DNA from: Nitrosopumilus sp.
GTDB taxonomy: Archaea; Thermoproteota; Nitrososphaeria; Nitrososphaerales; Nitrosopumilaceae
Reading direction: 5' to 3'
Length of the DNA: 64,000 nucleotides
Assembly: GCA_965204345.1 (NCBI GenBank)
Contig: OZ241981.1
Span: 1,824,001-1,888,000, forward strand
The translations under genes were made by a program, and so were the position numbers. Below the pieces are notes generated by a model. The model had not been told where the DNA came from. It searched no databases and saw only the letters and a list, made by a program, of their open reading frames with translations. Of the stretch, positions 19,501-29,706 are shown piece by piece. Each line of letters starts with the position of its first letter. Positions within the stretch are counted from its first letter, which is position 1.

Positions 19501-22500
19501 AGCCATTCGTACCTCCTCTGATGTTACAACCCATTGATGATGTCCATTTGCGTCAGGGACAGGCTCATACTGTGTTTGTGTCTGCAACGCATGTCGACAA
19601 TGAACGAATTCAATTTACTTGGGAAGAAACCTGCACGGGTGTCTTTAGCAGCGGAAGTCGTACTGGTTATGGCACGTTGTCCTTGTCCTTCTCTACGGGC
19701 AACGCCCCTGTTGGCACTTGTCCTATTACCGTAACTGCGATATCTCCTGACTACACAACCAGTGAGATGTTTCGTATTTTTATAACTAGTGACGACGACA
19801 ATACTAACCAACCAGATATCGAAAGCCCTGTAATTACTGCGCCTGCTGATCTCACTGTAAATGCTACCGGCATACTGACGCCTGTTAATATTGGTACTGC
19901 AACGGCTACAGACAATGCAGATCCAAGTCCTGTCATAACTAACGACGCACCAGACACTTTCCCACTTGGCCCCACAACAGTTACATGGACTGCCACTGAT
20001 GCTGCAGGAAACACAGCTACTGCAACACAGACGATAACCATCCAAGACACAACCCCTCCAAGCTCATCAGTTACCTCCCTGAGTACAGATGTAACTGATC
20101 CTACCAACTTTGAGGCCATACAATTTACGGCAACATTTAGCAGTGGTGTGACAGGATTTATCGCCGATGACATTGTCGTGACAATTGACGGAACTGACAC
20201 GTCTGGCCTGATATCTGCCTTTGCTGGAACCGGTGCTGAATACACCTTTACAGTAACACACGGCATCACCACAGAAGGTCTACTGACAGTAACCATACCT
20301 GCCGATGTGGCAGCAGAGGGCAACACTGCAAGTAATACTAGTACATTCACAGTGGACAGGATATCTCCCGGCGTAACTATCACACCAGCTGATGGCACCA
20401 CCACCGGAGATGACCCCGTAACGTTTACGGCAACATTTACCGAGGACGTTAGGGAGTTTGTCCTAGGTGACATTACGGTAACAGGCACCGCAAACAACGG
20501 CAGTCCCGCAGCATCAAACTTTGTAAGAGTTGATGCCCGCACATACACCTTTGAGGTTTCTCGCGGTTCTACAGACGGAACCGTAATTACATCAATTGCA
20601 GCAGGTGAGGCAAGCGACTTTGCAGGCAACCCCAACACCCCATCTGCTCCGGTCACCGTCACCATAGACACTACTGTCCCATCCGTATCCCTGAGCACAA
20701 CTGTAACTGATCCTACCAACTCTGAGGCCATACAATTCACGGCAACGTTTGACGGTGATGTCACACAATTCATTCGAGATGACATTGTCGTGACAATTGA
20801 CGGAACCGAAACACCTGGCCTGATATCTGCCTTTGCTGGAACCGGTGCTGATTACACCTTTACAGTCACACACGGCATCACCACAGGAGGTCTACTGACA
20901 GTAACCATACCTGCCGATGTGACAGCAGAGGGCAACACTGCAAGTAATACTAGTACGCTCACAGTGGACATGGTAGACCCAACAGTAACCATCACATCAG
21001 CTGACGGCACCACCACCAACGATGACCCCGTAACCTTTACGGCAACATTTACCGAGGACGTTGTCTTTAACCTAGATGACATTACAGTAACAGGCACTGC
21101 CAACGGCGGTAGTCCAGTAGCAGACAACCTTGGAGGATCAGGCAGTACCTACACCTTTGATGTAGCCCGCGGCGTGACAGACGGAACCGTAACTGCATCA
21201 ATTGCAGCAAATGCACTAACAGACGCCGCAGGCAATAACAACGAGGCGTCTAATTCAGTTACCGTCACCATAGACACCATTCCGCTAGCAGTCTCTGTAA
21301 CTACAACTGCAGATGATTTCACTAATCTTACTACAGTACCATTTACGGCAACATTCAACAAGGACGTTGACTTTAACCTAGATGACATTACAGTAACAGG
21401 CACTGCCAACGCCACCAATCCTGAAGCATCCAACGTTCAGTCAGTTGATGCCCGCATATACAACTTTGATGTTGCACGCGGCACTACAGACGGAACCGTA
21501 ACTGCATCCATTGCAGCAAATGCACTAACAGACGCCGCAGGCAATAACAACGAGGCGTCTAATTCAGTTACCGTCACAATAGACACTCTTGCCCCAACAG
21601 TCTCTGTAACTTCATCTGCAGGCAGCAGCACCGGACTTGATACGGTACCATTTACAGTAGAATTTAACGATGACGTTAGGAACTTTGAACTAGAAGACAT
21701 TACAGTGGAAGGCACTGCCAACGGTGGCACCCTTACAGCATCCGGCTTTGAGACAGTTAATGCCCGCATATACAACTTTAATGTTGCAGGCATATCCGGT
21801 GACGGAACCGTAATTGTGTCAATTGCAGCAAATGTGGCAACAGACTTTGCAGGCAATAACAACACCGCATCTACTCCAGTTACCGTCACAATAGATACTA
21901 CTGTCCCATCAGTATCCCTGAGCACCGATGTAACTGATCCTACCAACTCTGAGGCCATCGAATTTACGGCAACATTTGACGGTGATGTCACACAATTCAT
22001 CGCCGAGGACATTGTCGTGACAATTGACGGAACTGACACGTCTGGCCTGATATCTGCCTTTGCTGGAACCGGTGCTGATTACACCTTTACAGTAACACAC
22101 GGCATCACCACAGGAGGACAGCTGACAGTAACCATACCTGACGGTGTGGCAGCAGGGGGCAACACTGCAAGTAATACTAGCACATTCACAGTGGACATGG
22201 TAGCCCCAACAGTAACCATCACACCAGATGATGGCACCACCACCAACGATGACCCCGTAACCTTTACGGCAACATTTGATGAGGACATTGAGAACTTTGA
22301 TCTGGAAGACATTACAGTAACTGGTACTGCAAACGGCGGCACACCGACAGCATCCAACATTAATGGAGAAGGAAGTGTCTACACCTTTAATGTGGCACGC
22401 GGCTCCACAGACGGAACAGTAACCGTATCAATAGGTGCAGGTATTGCAGCAGACCTTGCAGGCAATCCCAATGAGGCATCTAACTTAGTTACCGTCACCA

Positions 22501-24512
22501 TCAACACTACCGGAGATGAGATTGAGGCCGATATCCCCTCTGGAGGCGATGGTGGCGTAGTGACATATGAGCCATCCTCAAATCTGATCACCCTCAACGT
22601 GGTATCTGACACATTGCCTGACACAATTATTGCCACTGATGGCCAGACGCTTGACTTTAGTGCCACCCCCACGTTTGCTGATGATGCTGCAAGCGGAGTA
22701 AAGAGTGTGAGAATTTCTGATTCTACAACTGAGGTTATCACTGATGTCTCTGATTCCCAAACTGTATCTGTCACTTATCCAGCAGGCATAGTTGTAAACG
22801 GTTCATCAAATGATTGGAGTGGCACCATTGCCGTTCCAACCCTTGTTACTGCTGGTACTGCTGTTGATCCTCCATCCCCAAGTGACGAGATAGGACTGGC
22901 ATTCTCAGTCGGTGATGGCAACACCAGGCTGACATTTGATCAGGCAGTCAGATTACTCTTGCCTGGCCAGGCAGACCATGAGGGAGCCTTTTTCTCAGGA
23001 GAGGATACAGATGGCAACGTGGTATCACGATCACTGGTTGTGTGTCCGTTTGTTCCTGTCAATCAGACTACTGCCAATGATAACCTTGGAGCTGGCACTG
23101 CGTTGGAATCCTGTTTTGTTCGTGATGCTCCTGATATGATCATCTGGACCACTCACTTTAGCTCATTTGGCTCATTCTCTACGGTTCCTGTCGAACCTAC
23201 ACCATCCACACCTTCTAGTAGCCGCAGTAGTAGTGGCGGCGGTGGCGGTGGCGGTGGCGGTGGCGGTGGCGGTGGCGGTGGCGGTGCCTCCTCCTTCAGC
23301 GGCTCATCTGTTGCAAACAATGCCTCCGGAGCTGTTTTGTACGACGTACAATGGGACGTCTGTGAGGCAAACACAATCAACGTAATAGCCGGTCCTGTAA
23401 CTGACAATCTCTCTGTAAAGCTTAGAACCAACGCAGGCATAATCACGGCAGAACGCTCTGATGAGCAGCCCTATCTTGGAAGAATCTCATTTGATGCAGG
23501 CCTCTCACCAAACGAGTCATTTGTACGCGTACATGTGGAAAATATCGCAGCAAGGGGAGTATCAACTGATTCAAAGTCATTTAACCTCACCGAGTGCTCT
23601 GGTTCTGTATCTGTAAACACATACGAGTTATCATCCTCGCCTGTTATTACCGGTGGCAGTGCAGCTGTAACGCCTGACCTGCCATCCAAAAAAGTGGATT
23701 TCTCAGATGATATTATCATGCCAGGCCCCACCCAAGTACAAACGCCTGACCTAGTCCGTGAGTTCATCAACGACTTTGCAGATATTACAAATGTTAACAC
23801 CGGTATGAAACTCACTGAATTCCAGACACTGCAATCAAACCCTGACAGATATGCCGAGACCGTCCTGGGAATCAGCGGACAGACAGTTACCACCGTCGCA
23901 TTGGTGGACAGGCCCGGTTCTGAGGAGAGCAACAACAACAACAACAACAGTCCAAACCTCTTCTTGCAAATCTCATCCTCTGATGAGCAGATCAACTCCA
24001 TGAGAGGCGTTCTCTTGGGAGGTGACACCATTGAGATTGTGGCAGGAGACAAAAGCAAGATCACCGTCCCAACATCTGCAGAAATTGCAATTGCGTCTGG
24101 GGATGCAAACGTGGCAGTATCTCAAAAATCAAGCATGAAAATTAACGACGGATCAACGCAGACAGACCTGCCAGACGTGCTCAGAGAATTCCTAAACACC
24201 AACATTGAATTTACAAACGAGGATACTGGTGAGGCACTAACGCAATACGTGGTGTTGCAGTCAGTACCAGACGTGTTTGCAGAGAGAGAACTTGGCATCT
24301 CAGGACAAACCGTAACTACCATCGCGTTCCCAGACAGGTATGGCAGGGAAGACAGCAATGATGACCTCAATGTCTTTGTACAGTTTACGCACACTGATGA
24401 GCAGGTCAACTCCTTGAGAGGCATCCAGCAGGGCGGCAACGCAATCAGCGTTAGCACCAACGGCGCTGAGCAGGGAACACTGACACAGACAGTAGAGATT
24501 CCGCTGGGCTAG
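16530..24512 (+). CDS. Giant secreted surface protein: Zn metallopeptidase + beta-sandwich domain + HYR + ~8 Ig-like repeats + poly-Gly linker + duplicated C-terminal domain
   Basis: Signal peptide; LHEFGHH and WSEGWADF; FPLGPTTVTWTATDAAGN (HYR); repeated FTATF..DI.V...YTF.V...DG.V...I.A....D.AGN units. Confidence 0.85.
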   Translation: MAGIAVSGFLVLVTVMMMAVMMPAHAATPDSPLEQYHAGIPIDGIQCDGGKLLMVTLAGNPVCLTGDSAMKLADRGSSNSSYATIYTPETSQKANEPLNEKITSQTDTHVFTDKEKQIIADYKESSMLSSPGILIHSYSLDLSESPKVGHTAVVNFTGVYTDNTNFEPYMEPFTLKVFANPDDKVLFYNATTNAGSDDPTSFESFDNDIGYVVDDPVPGRAYTVMVTIKILEEGFIEIDALRFDPLESSGGVYLAISNEHSMPENKYMDEEHTFLDHDILARESSPESFAPQKDSRLGNKPGPKDEIVNEDLTEERVAQIYANHLRLLGEIVLSDIGKVNDDLIGWLVDKSLPLDDVKIILGHSNFTQAQKADAMERYEAEYTGPQDLSDGAVTAAAAAAYGSSTDASAAPAFPVAATQDTPDGAAAAEEDSSSNTFSIEGTVSAPLYHSRTTQPVNGIEVCAYDYSESDGTETAVLLTTEGDEACTFTSNMGEYHIDSIQNDDPSDASNVDLVIKIISRGANGLVLQDMSENVYEIRSTGVLNFSQDTRMYDFELNGNNAEAAGIINAISDGRDFFSHHGIHNARLTVHWEPGWQQDTMYLHSNRIRLDDHSNHHLDLLIILHEFGHHIDDIAIGGTIEGLIRSECYTDINGDRDFDDIGERFHYFSRPTANPACAWSEGWADFVPHLVTNSSLGRDTVFNTNLERHREGFFLAQPTHAGSLNGPLYGQLVEGRVAAALWDIKDHNVDRIYDNLEYSRNGNNLDNLQLGDDEIMDIIRNNPIDTFEDFYKAWERAGYDSSYDIMRLHHMEFAIPNVPTPSSNIMTDSFDTFGTWFLGAYLETFNPEFPSFRSFNVWLLAGHDWEIAPDEDNPSNMLASSQNCDIWCIMTLNLPLDTEGRLEVSFDRYLDSRLDGNEGLYVQYLTDSGWVTLRQYTALTFFDRDDSMRDANDMWVSESLILSIPQSHTLLRFVAQSNEPGEFVRIDNLNIEPFVPPLMLQPIDDVHLRQGQAHTVFVSATHVDNERIQFTWEETCTGVFSSGSRTGYGTLSLSFSTGNAPVGTCPITVTAISPDYTTSEMFRIFITSDDDNTNQPDIESPVITAPADLTVNATGILTPVNIGTATATDNADPSPVITNDAPDTFPLGPTTVTWTATDAAGNTATATQTITIQDTTPPSSSVTSLSTDVTDPTNFEAIQFTATFSSGVTGFIADDIVVTIDGTDTSGLISAFAGTGAEYTFTVTHGITTEGLLTVTIPADVAAEGNTASNTSTFTVDRISPGVTITPADGTTTGDDPVTFTATFTEDVREFVLGDITVTGTANNGSPAASNFVRVDARTYTFEVSRGSTDGTVITSIAAGEASDFAGNPNTPSAPVTVTIDTTVPSVSLSTTVTDPTNSEAIQFTATFDGDVTQFIRDDIVVTIDGTETPGLISAFAGTGADYTFTVTHGITTGGLLTVTIPADVTAEGNTASNTSTLTVDMVDPTVTITSADGTTTNDDPVTFTATFTEDVVFNLDDITVTGTANGGSPVADNLGGSGSTYTFDVARGVTDGTVTASIAANALTDAAGNNNEASNSVTVTIDTIPLAVSVTTTADDFTNLTTVPFTATFNKDVDFNLDDITVTGTANATNPEASNVQSVDARIYNFDVARGTTDGTVTASIAANALTDAAGNNNEASNSVTVTIDTLAPTVSVTSSAGSSTGLDTVPFTVEFNDDVRNFELEDITVEGTANGGTLTASGFETVNARIYNFNVAGISGDGTVIVSIAANVATDFAGNNNTASTPVTVTIDTTVPSVSLSTDVTDPTNSEAIEFTATFDGDVTQFIAEDIVVTIDGTDTSGLISAFAGTGADYTFTVTHGITTGGQLTVTIPDGVAAGGNTASNTSTFTVDMVAPTVTITPDDGTTTNDDPVTFTATFDEDIENFDLEDITVTGTANGGTPTASNINGEGSVYTFNVARGSTDGTVTVSIGAGIAADLAGNPNEASNLVTVTINTTGDEIEADIPSGGDGGVVTYEPSSNLITLNVVSDTLPDTIIATDGQTLDFSATPTFADDAASGVKSVRISDSTTEVITDVSDSQTVSVTYPAGIVVNGSSNDWSGTIAVPTLVTAGTAVDPPSPSDEIGLAFSVGDGNTRLTFDQAVRLLLPGQADHEGAFFSGEDTDGNVVSRSLVVCPFVPVNQTTANDNLGAGTALESCFVRDAPDMIIWTTHFSSFGSFSTVPVEPTPSTPSSSRSSSGGGGGGGGGGGGGGGGGASSFSGSSVANNASGAVLYDVQWDVCEANTINVIAGPVTDNLSVKLRTNAGIITAERSDEQPYLGRISFDAGLSPNESFVRVHVENIAARGVSTDSKSFNLTECSGSVSVNTYELSSSPVITGGSAAVTPDLPSKKVDFSDDIIMPGPTQVQTPDLVREFINDFADITNVNTGMKLTEFQTLQSNPDRYAETVLGISGQTVTTVALVDRPGSEESNNNNNNSPNLFLQISSSDEQINSMRGVLLGGDTIEIVAGDKSKITVPTSAEIAIASGDANVAVSQKSSMKINDGSTQTDLPDVLREFLNTNIEFTNEDTGEALTQYVVLQSVPDVFAERELGISGQTVTTIAFPDRYGREDSNDDLNVFVQFTHTDEQVNSLRGIQQGGNAISVSTNGAEQGTLTQTVEIPLG
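23233..23287 (+). repeat. (GGCGGT)n microsatellite encoding poly-Gly
   Basis: Visible hexamer repeat inside the giant ORF. Confidence 0.9.
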
Positions 24513-24600
24513 CCTTTCCTCCCCCCCCTTTGCCATTCTCGCTATCTTCAGGTATTTTTGATCCATTATACTGCAAGGCAGTTTTTGGGTCAGGTAGATT

Positions 24601-24837
24601 CTGACTAGCGGAATTTGACAGTAAACTGCAAAAGAGACGGTTTTCTTAAAAAAAAGAATTGCATATTCTGGCCATCAAAAAATCCCAAAAGAGGTGCAAT
24701 GCTAGATCTCTCAGATTTGTGATTTGTGGCATGAAACACCAAAACTTATCAGAACTCTTAATTCATCATTGACAGGAAAAACTACCCTTGCTAATACTAG
24801 AAATGAAACACCAAAACTTATCAGAACTCTTAATTCA
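24601..24837 (+). repeat. Composite repeat B+A plus duplicated half of A
   Basis: Matches reverse complement of 4248-4384; atgaaacaccaaaacttatcagaactcttaattca occurs at 24731 and 24803. Confidence 0.85.
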
Positions 24838-24901
24838 CCCCTTGAGAATTAACACTGGGAATGCCGTACTCATCAACTTAGCAGAATCCTAATGACAAAA
24901 T

Positions 24902-25940
24902 TGTATTATATGATAATTATGTCCGCTAGTCATTTATGTCCACCTCCATCCCTTTTTGGTTGCTTTTCCTGATCGTATCAGGAACCTTTTTGGCCTTAAA
25001 TGCCATCAGAGGCACCTGACAGTTCTCTATGTCCAGAGAAAAATGCAGTCTATCCTCATTGTAAAAGTCGATGAACTCCCCCACCGTCTCAAAGTGTACA
25101 AGCTCATCCTCAAGTGTCCTAAAGAATCTCTCAATCTTGCCGTTGGTCTGCGGGTGGTGGGGCCGCGAGTTAATCAGGGCAATACCCCTCTCCAAGGCTT
25201 CTTCCTCAAACAGGGTGGGCTTCCATCCCTTGGCAGGTACACCGCGGTTTCTGGATGTGAACTGGGCTCCATTGTCTGAAAGTATCTGACCTGGCGTGCC
25301 AAATGACTTGATAGCCTTGCGCAAAACGGCTACAGTGTTCTGGCTTGTGGTACTATCAAATATCCCAAATCCCGTTATGCATCTGGGATGCATCATCCAA
25401 ATATGCCACAAGTTGCAGTCCTTTTAGGCGTGGATCCTTCATTACGTGCCAGTCCACATGCCACATTGCATTGGAATACAGTCGCTCATATCTGACGTAC
25501 TTTCTCTTCTTGGATTTTTGAGGAGACAGTCTGGCCAGTCCGTTGGATTTCATTATTTTGTATACTGTATGGTAGCTTATATGAGATGACTTTCTGAGGT
25601 GGCGAGTCGTACGTATTACTGCATGATCCTCATCATATGTCTTAAGAACACGACGTACATCCTCAGATGATATTGTCTTTCTGGGTCTTCCTGGCTTTCT
25701 GTGGGAGTTTATTGTTCTGGTCTTGCGGTAGGCTGCCCATATGCGTCTGACGTGCCTTGCGCTGACCTGCATGGTTTGGGCCAGAACAGATGCAGCTGTG
25801 CCCTTTTGACGCTGACGTATGATGTATCTGGTCTGGTCCTCCTTTAGTCTGGTTCTCTTCATTATTCGTGATCGGCATATACGGTAATAATCCCTTGCCT
25901 GAAGCCTGAGCTTAGGCGGACATAATTTTCGTACAATAGA
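24902..25940 (-). mobile_element. IS481-family insertion sequence
   Basis: 25-bp imperfect terminal inverted repeats (tgtattatatgataattatgtccgc / gcggacataattttcgtacaataga); direct repeat ATCCTAATGACAAAAT at 24886-24901 and 25941-25956. Confidence 0.9.
24926..25862 (-). pseudogene. IS481-family DDE transposase, frameshifted near 25386
   Basis: HTH N-terminus, MWHVDW, YLDDAS|RCITG join across the two ORFs, ILSDNGAQF, HPQTNGKIERF. Confidence 0.9.
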
Positions 25941-25989
25941 ATCCTAATGACAAAATAGATAAATACAAGTAATCATAATATGATTATTC

Positions 25990-28900
25990 ATGAATTCTAA
26001 AATAATGCTAACTGTCATAATTTTTTCACTCGCCATTTTATTTACATCACCTCTAGTTTCCATATCCCAAACTGATGAGAATGAACAGTTTGAAGTGCCA
26101 GGTAATCTTATCCCAGATAACAACACATTGGGTTCTGTTGTAAGTGTGGATGTACCCTCCAAGTTTGATGGCGGTTTTTATGATAAAATCCAGAGTCTCA
26201 TATCCGAGGTACCTCAAGATGGCGACTATGGGGTACATGACGGCACACGATACCATGATGTCCTAATTGTAGTGGCCAGAGATGACGGGGATGATGACAG
26301 AGATGCCGATGAGACAGCGCACGAGAACAAGGATGCAATAGTAAAGAGACTTGATCTTCTTGGTGCACGCAACATAGCGGCAGCAGAGTCACTGTCATTT
26401 GTAACTGCATCCATCCCAGTTGCAGACGTTCCGGGATTCTCACTTTATGACGAGGTGTATGCCATGGGAGATGGTGAAACCCCAGTAACTCTGGAGATTG
26501 ATACGACCAGGGGAACCGTACATGCAACTCCAAACGAGATTAATACTCCAACTGATGGCAATCTTGATGGTAGTGGTGTTGTTGTGGCAATCATTGACAG
26601 GGGCATCAACCACGATATAGCATTTAACGACAGAATAATTGATCGTGTGCTGTGTGATGATACGTGTGAGCCTGAAACAGCAGATAGTGTGTTCGGCGTT
26701 AACAGTACTAATGTACCTGATCATAATTTTACATCCCATGGTACGCATATAGCTCAGGTTCTTGCCGCATCAGGACTCCCAGCTCATAACGGCATTGCTC
26801 CAGGTGTAAAACTTTTGGATGCCTCAATTACCAGGCACGATGTAGATGAAGATAAGAATCGTATCTTCATTAATGCAACTAGAAGTGACGTGGCACATGC
26901 CCTTGACTGGTCTCTCAAAAAAGGAGCCGACATAGCAGTCATGAGTTTTGGTTTTGGAATCTGCGATAAAAATGATGCAGACACAACCAACCTCATCACA
27001 AATGAGGCAGTTGACAAGGGAATGGTTCTAGTATCATCTGCAGGAAACAGGGGCACAATTTATGGAGCGCCAAACTAGCCAGTTTATCAATCAATAACTC
27101 ATCCCGGATGCGGACACAATGAAATTACCGTAGGCGGAATAAATGATCGTGGTGAAATAATAAAAAGAGCAAGCTTTGCAAGCAGGGGTCCAGCACCCGG
27201 AACAGTCCTGCTAAAGCCTGAGATAGTTGCACCTGCACAGCGTATTCAGACACTGGATAATGTTGCAGATGCTGACACTTTTAGTCCTCGGTCCGGAACC
27301 AGTCTTGCCAATCCCCAGGTAAGTGCAACTGCTGCCCTGTTGCTACAGGCAGAACCTGATCTGACCCCAGTTGAGATAAAGGCCGCACTTCTTCTTGGGG
27401 CTGACTGGCAGGGTCCAGTCCCTTGCACGTCTGCACAGTATGAAGAAAACAATCCCAGCGACAACTGTTCTTATGCCCGACAGCCTTCGGATCCTTTTGT
27501 GGCAAACAATGTTGCATCCCTTGGAATACTAAACAATGTGGGCTTTGGCATACTAAACACTGCTGAATCACTCAGGTATGTTCACAGTGCATCATCATCA
27601 TCCCATATAATGTCAAACCATCTTGACTCAAATACAGATAAAAAGAAGTACGAGTTTGTCGTATATGACACCGAAAAACCAGTCAAAGTGATACTGTCAT
27701 GGCTGGTTCATCCGCATGGGAGTATAGACGAACAGTTGGATCATAATGGTACAGCAGTTCCTATTGCCAATTTGGATTTTACCATAACATCTCCGGATGA
27801 TACTACCATAATACGGGCAACATCAGAACATCAGACAAACGAGTTTGCAGTGTTTGACCCCCCTCTCACCGGACCATACACCATAACAGTTAGCGGCTCA
27901 AACATTGATAACATAAACAAGCCGGTACAAAACTTTGCACTGGCAAGCACCAATCCCCTCATATATGTACCATCATCATCATCACCACCTCAGGACAATC
28001 CTCCTGTGGCAGAATCACGCACAGTAATAGTCAGCCCTGGAGCAGAAAAGGTGATACGGTTAGTAGCCTCAGATTCTGACGGCGATGCCGTATCATTTAG
28101 AATATCCAAAGATCCAACACAGGGAACCATAACAACTGACGAGTTTATCACAAAGACCGCATCCCGTGCCATATTCACACCAAACTCTGACTTTGCAGGC
28201 ACCGATACAATTGAGGTAACACCGCATGATGGTGTGGACTCTGGCAGTCCTGCAACTATTAAACTTCGCTCCGAATCACTTCCGCCTGGCGGCGGCCCAA
28301 CAACAGAGTTACCAGACCCATTGGATATGGTAGACTGGAATCACATGGAGGTAAAATCAGGATTCATGGACAATGATTATTCGGTATCATTCCTAGGAAT
28401 AAACCATACTGTATCTGCATTGATTGTACAATCTGTAAACATGGAGGGAACCGACCTGAAAATTTTCACTACCGAAGAAGACTTGTATGAGATTGCAGTG
28501 CCTCCAAGCGGGAAACGTGTCATAAATATTGCACCGCCCATTACAATCCTGAATGCAACGCTTTCTGCTGACGGAGTAGATGAAGACGCAGCATATGACT
28601 TGAATCAGCCATCTGATACTACTATTACTCCAAACAATGTGGGTAATTCTACTGCATCTAATCTCAACAATGTCCAGATGGATGTCAAATACTTTCTAGA
28701 ACAATGTCCTACAGACTCGTGTCCTCCATACTCTACATATCAGTCAACTGCATTCTCCACTTTTGCAATACCAAACAATACGAGAAATCAGAATACGACT
28801 AGTACCATAACCATCCCGACAAACGGAGAGTTATTTGATTTATCTGTATCAGTAGACATTGATCATACCTACAGTAATGAGCTTAAACTAGTTCTTACAT

Positions 28901-29706
28901 CCCCAAACGGAATACAGATTATCCTTCATGACAACAATGATGCCAATGACAACAAGGACGTCGGTGCTAGGGAGATCAGACAGACGTATACTGCTCCATT
29001 ATTTGATACGCTTGAAAAATCCTACATTAAGGGCGACTGGGTTCTCTCAGTAGAGGACAATACCAGATGGGATAAAGGGAAACTCAACAAATGGAGCATA
29101 AATGTAAAATATGATCCTGGCGACCCTCCTCGTCAACAATCCGAAATCCCGCTCATATTTTCAGATGACTTTGAAGACGAATTAGATAAATGGACTAAAA
29201 CAGACCAAGACAACTGGACAACATCCACATCAGTAAGGCATTCAGTCCCAATAGCACCGAATCATAACTCAACAAATCTGGTACTGCACGCTGATGACTG
29301 CGTGACCTCCTGTACAATCGCCCTAGATAATCCAATAGACATGCCACAAGAAATCAAAACAAGGGTAGAGGGCATCAGGAATGGCACATTCATCCCAGAT
29401 GATCCAATAGACCTGTCACACCCTTCGGCATCCCTGTCATTTTGGAGATTCGTTGACTCGGCACTGGGTCAAGACGAATATCTCAAAGTAGAGCTGTATA
29501 ATGGCAGGACATGGGACACCATATACGACTGGTCTGCAAACAGTGAAGGCAATGACGGCACATGGCACGAAGAATCATTTGACTTGTCAGAATACATTGG
29601 AGTGTCTGATTTTAATTTGCGGTTTGTAACCCAGCAGGATAGCTTCAACGAGGACGTACAAATTGACGATGTAAAAATCAGTTTCACCACCTGCACGTGT
29701 GGATGA
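25990..29706 (+). pseudogene. Multidomain subtilase (S8 + PPC-like + Ig + proprotein-convertase P domain + beta-sandwich) interrupted by in-frame TAG 27076-27078
   Basis: VAIIDRGI (Asp), SHGTHIA (His), SAGN, then after the TAG in the same frame SRGP, LKPEIVAP, SGTSLANP (Ser); VDIDHTY...L.SP.G...GDWVLSVED P-domain. Confidence 0.88.

Noticed and set aside
19751-24566. Long antisense ORFs in the giant gene (and in other genes)
   Set aside because: Shadow frames of repetitive or biased coding sequence with no motifs.
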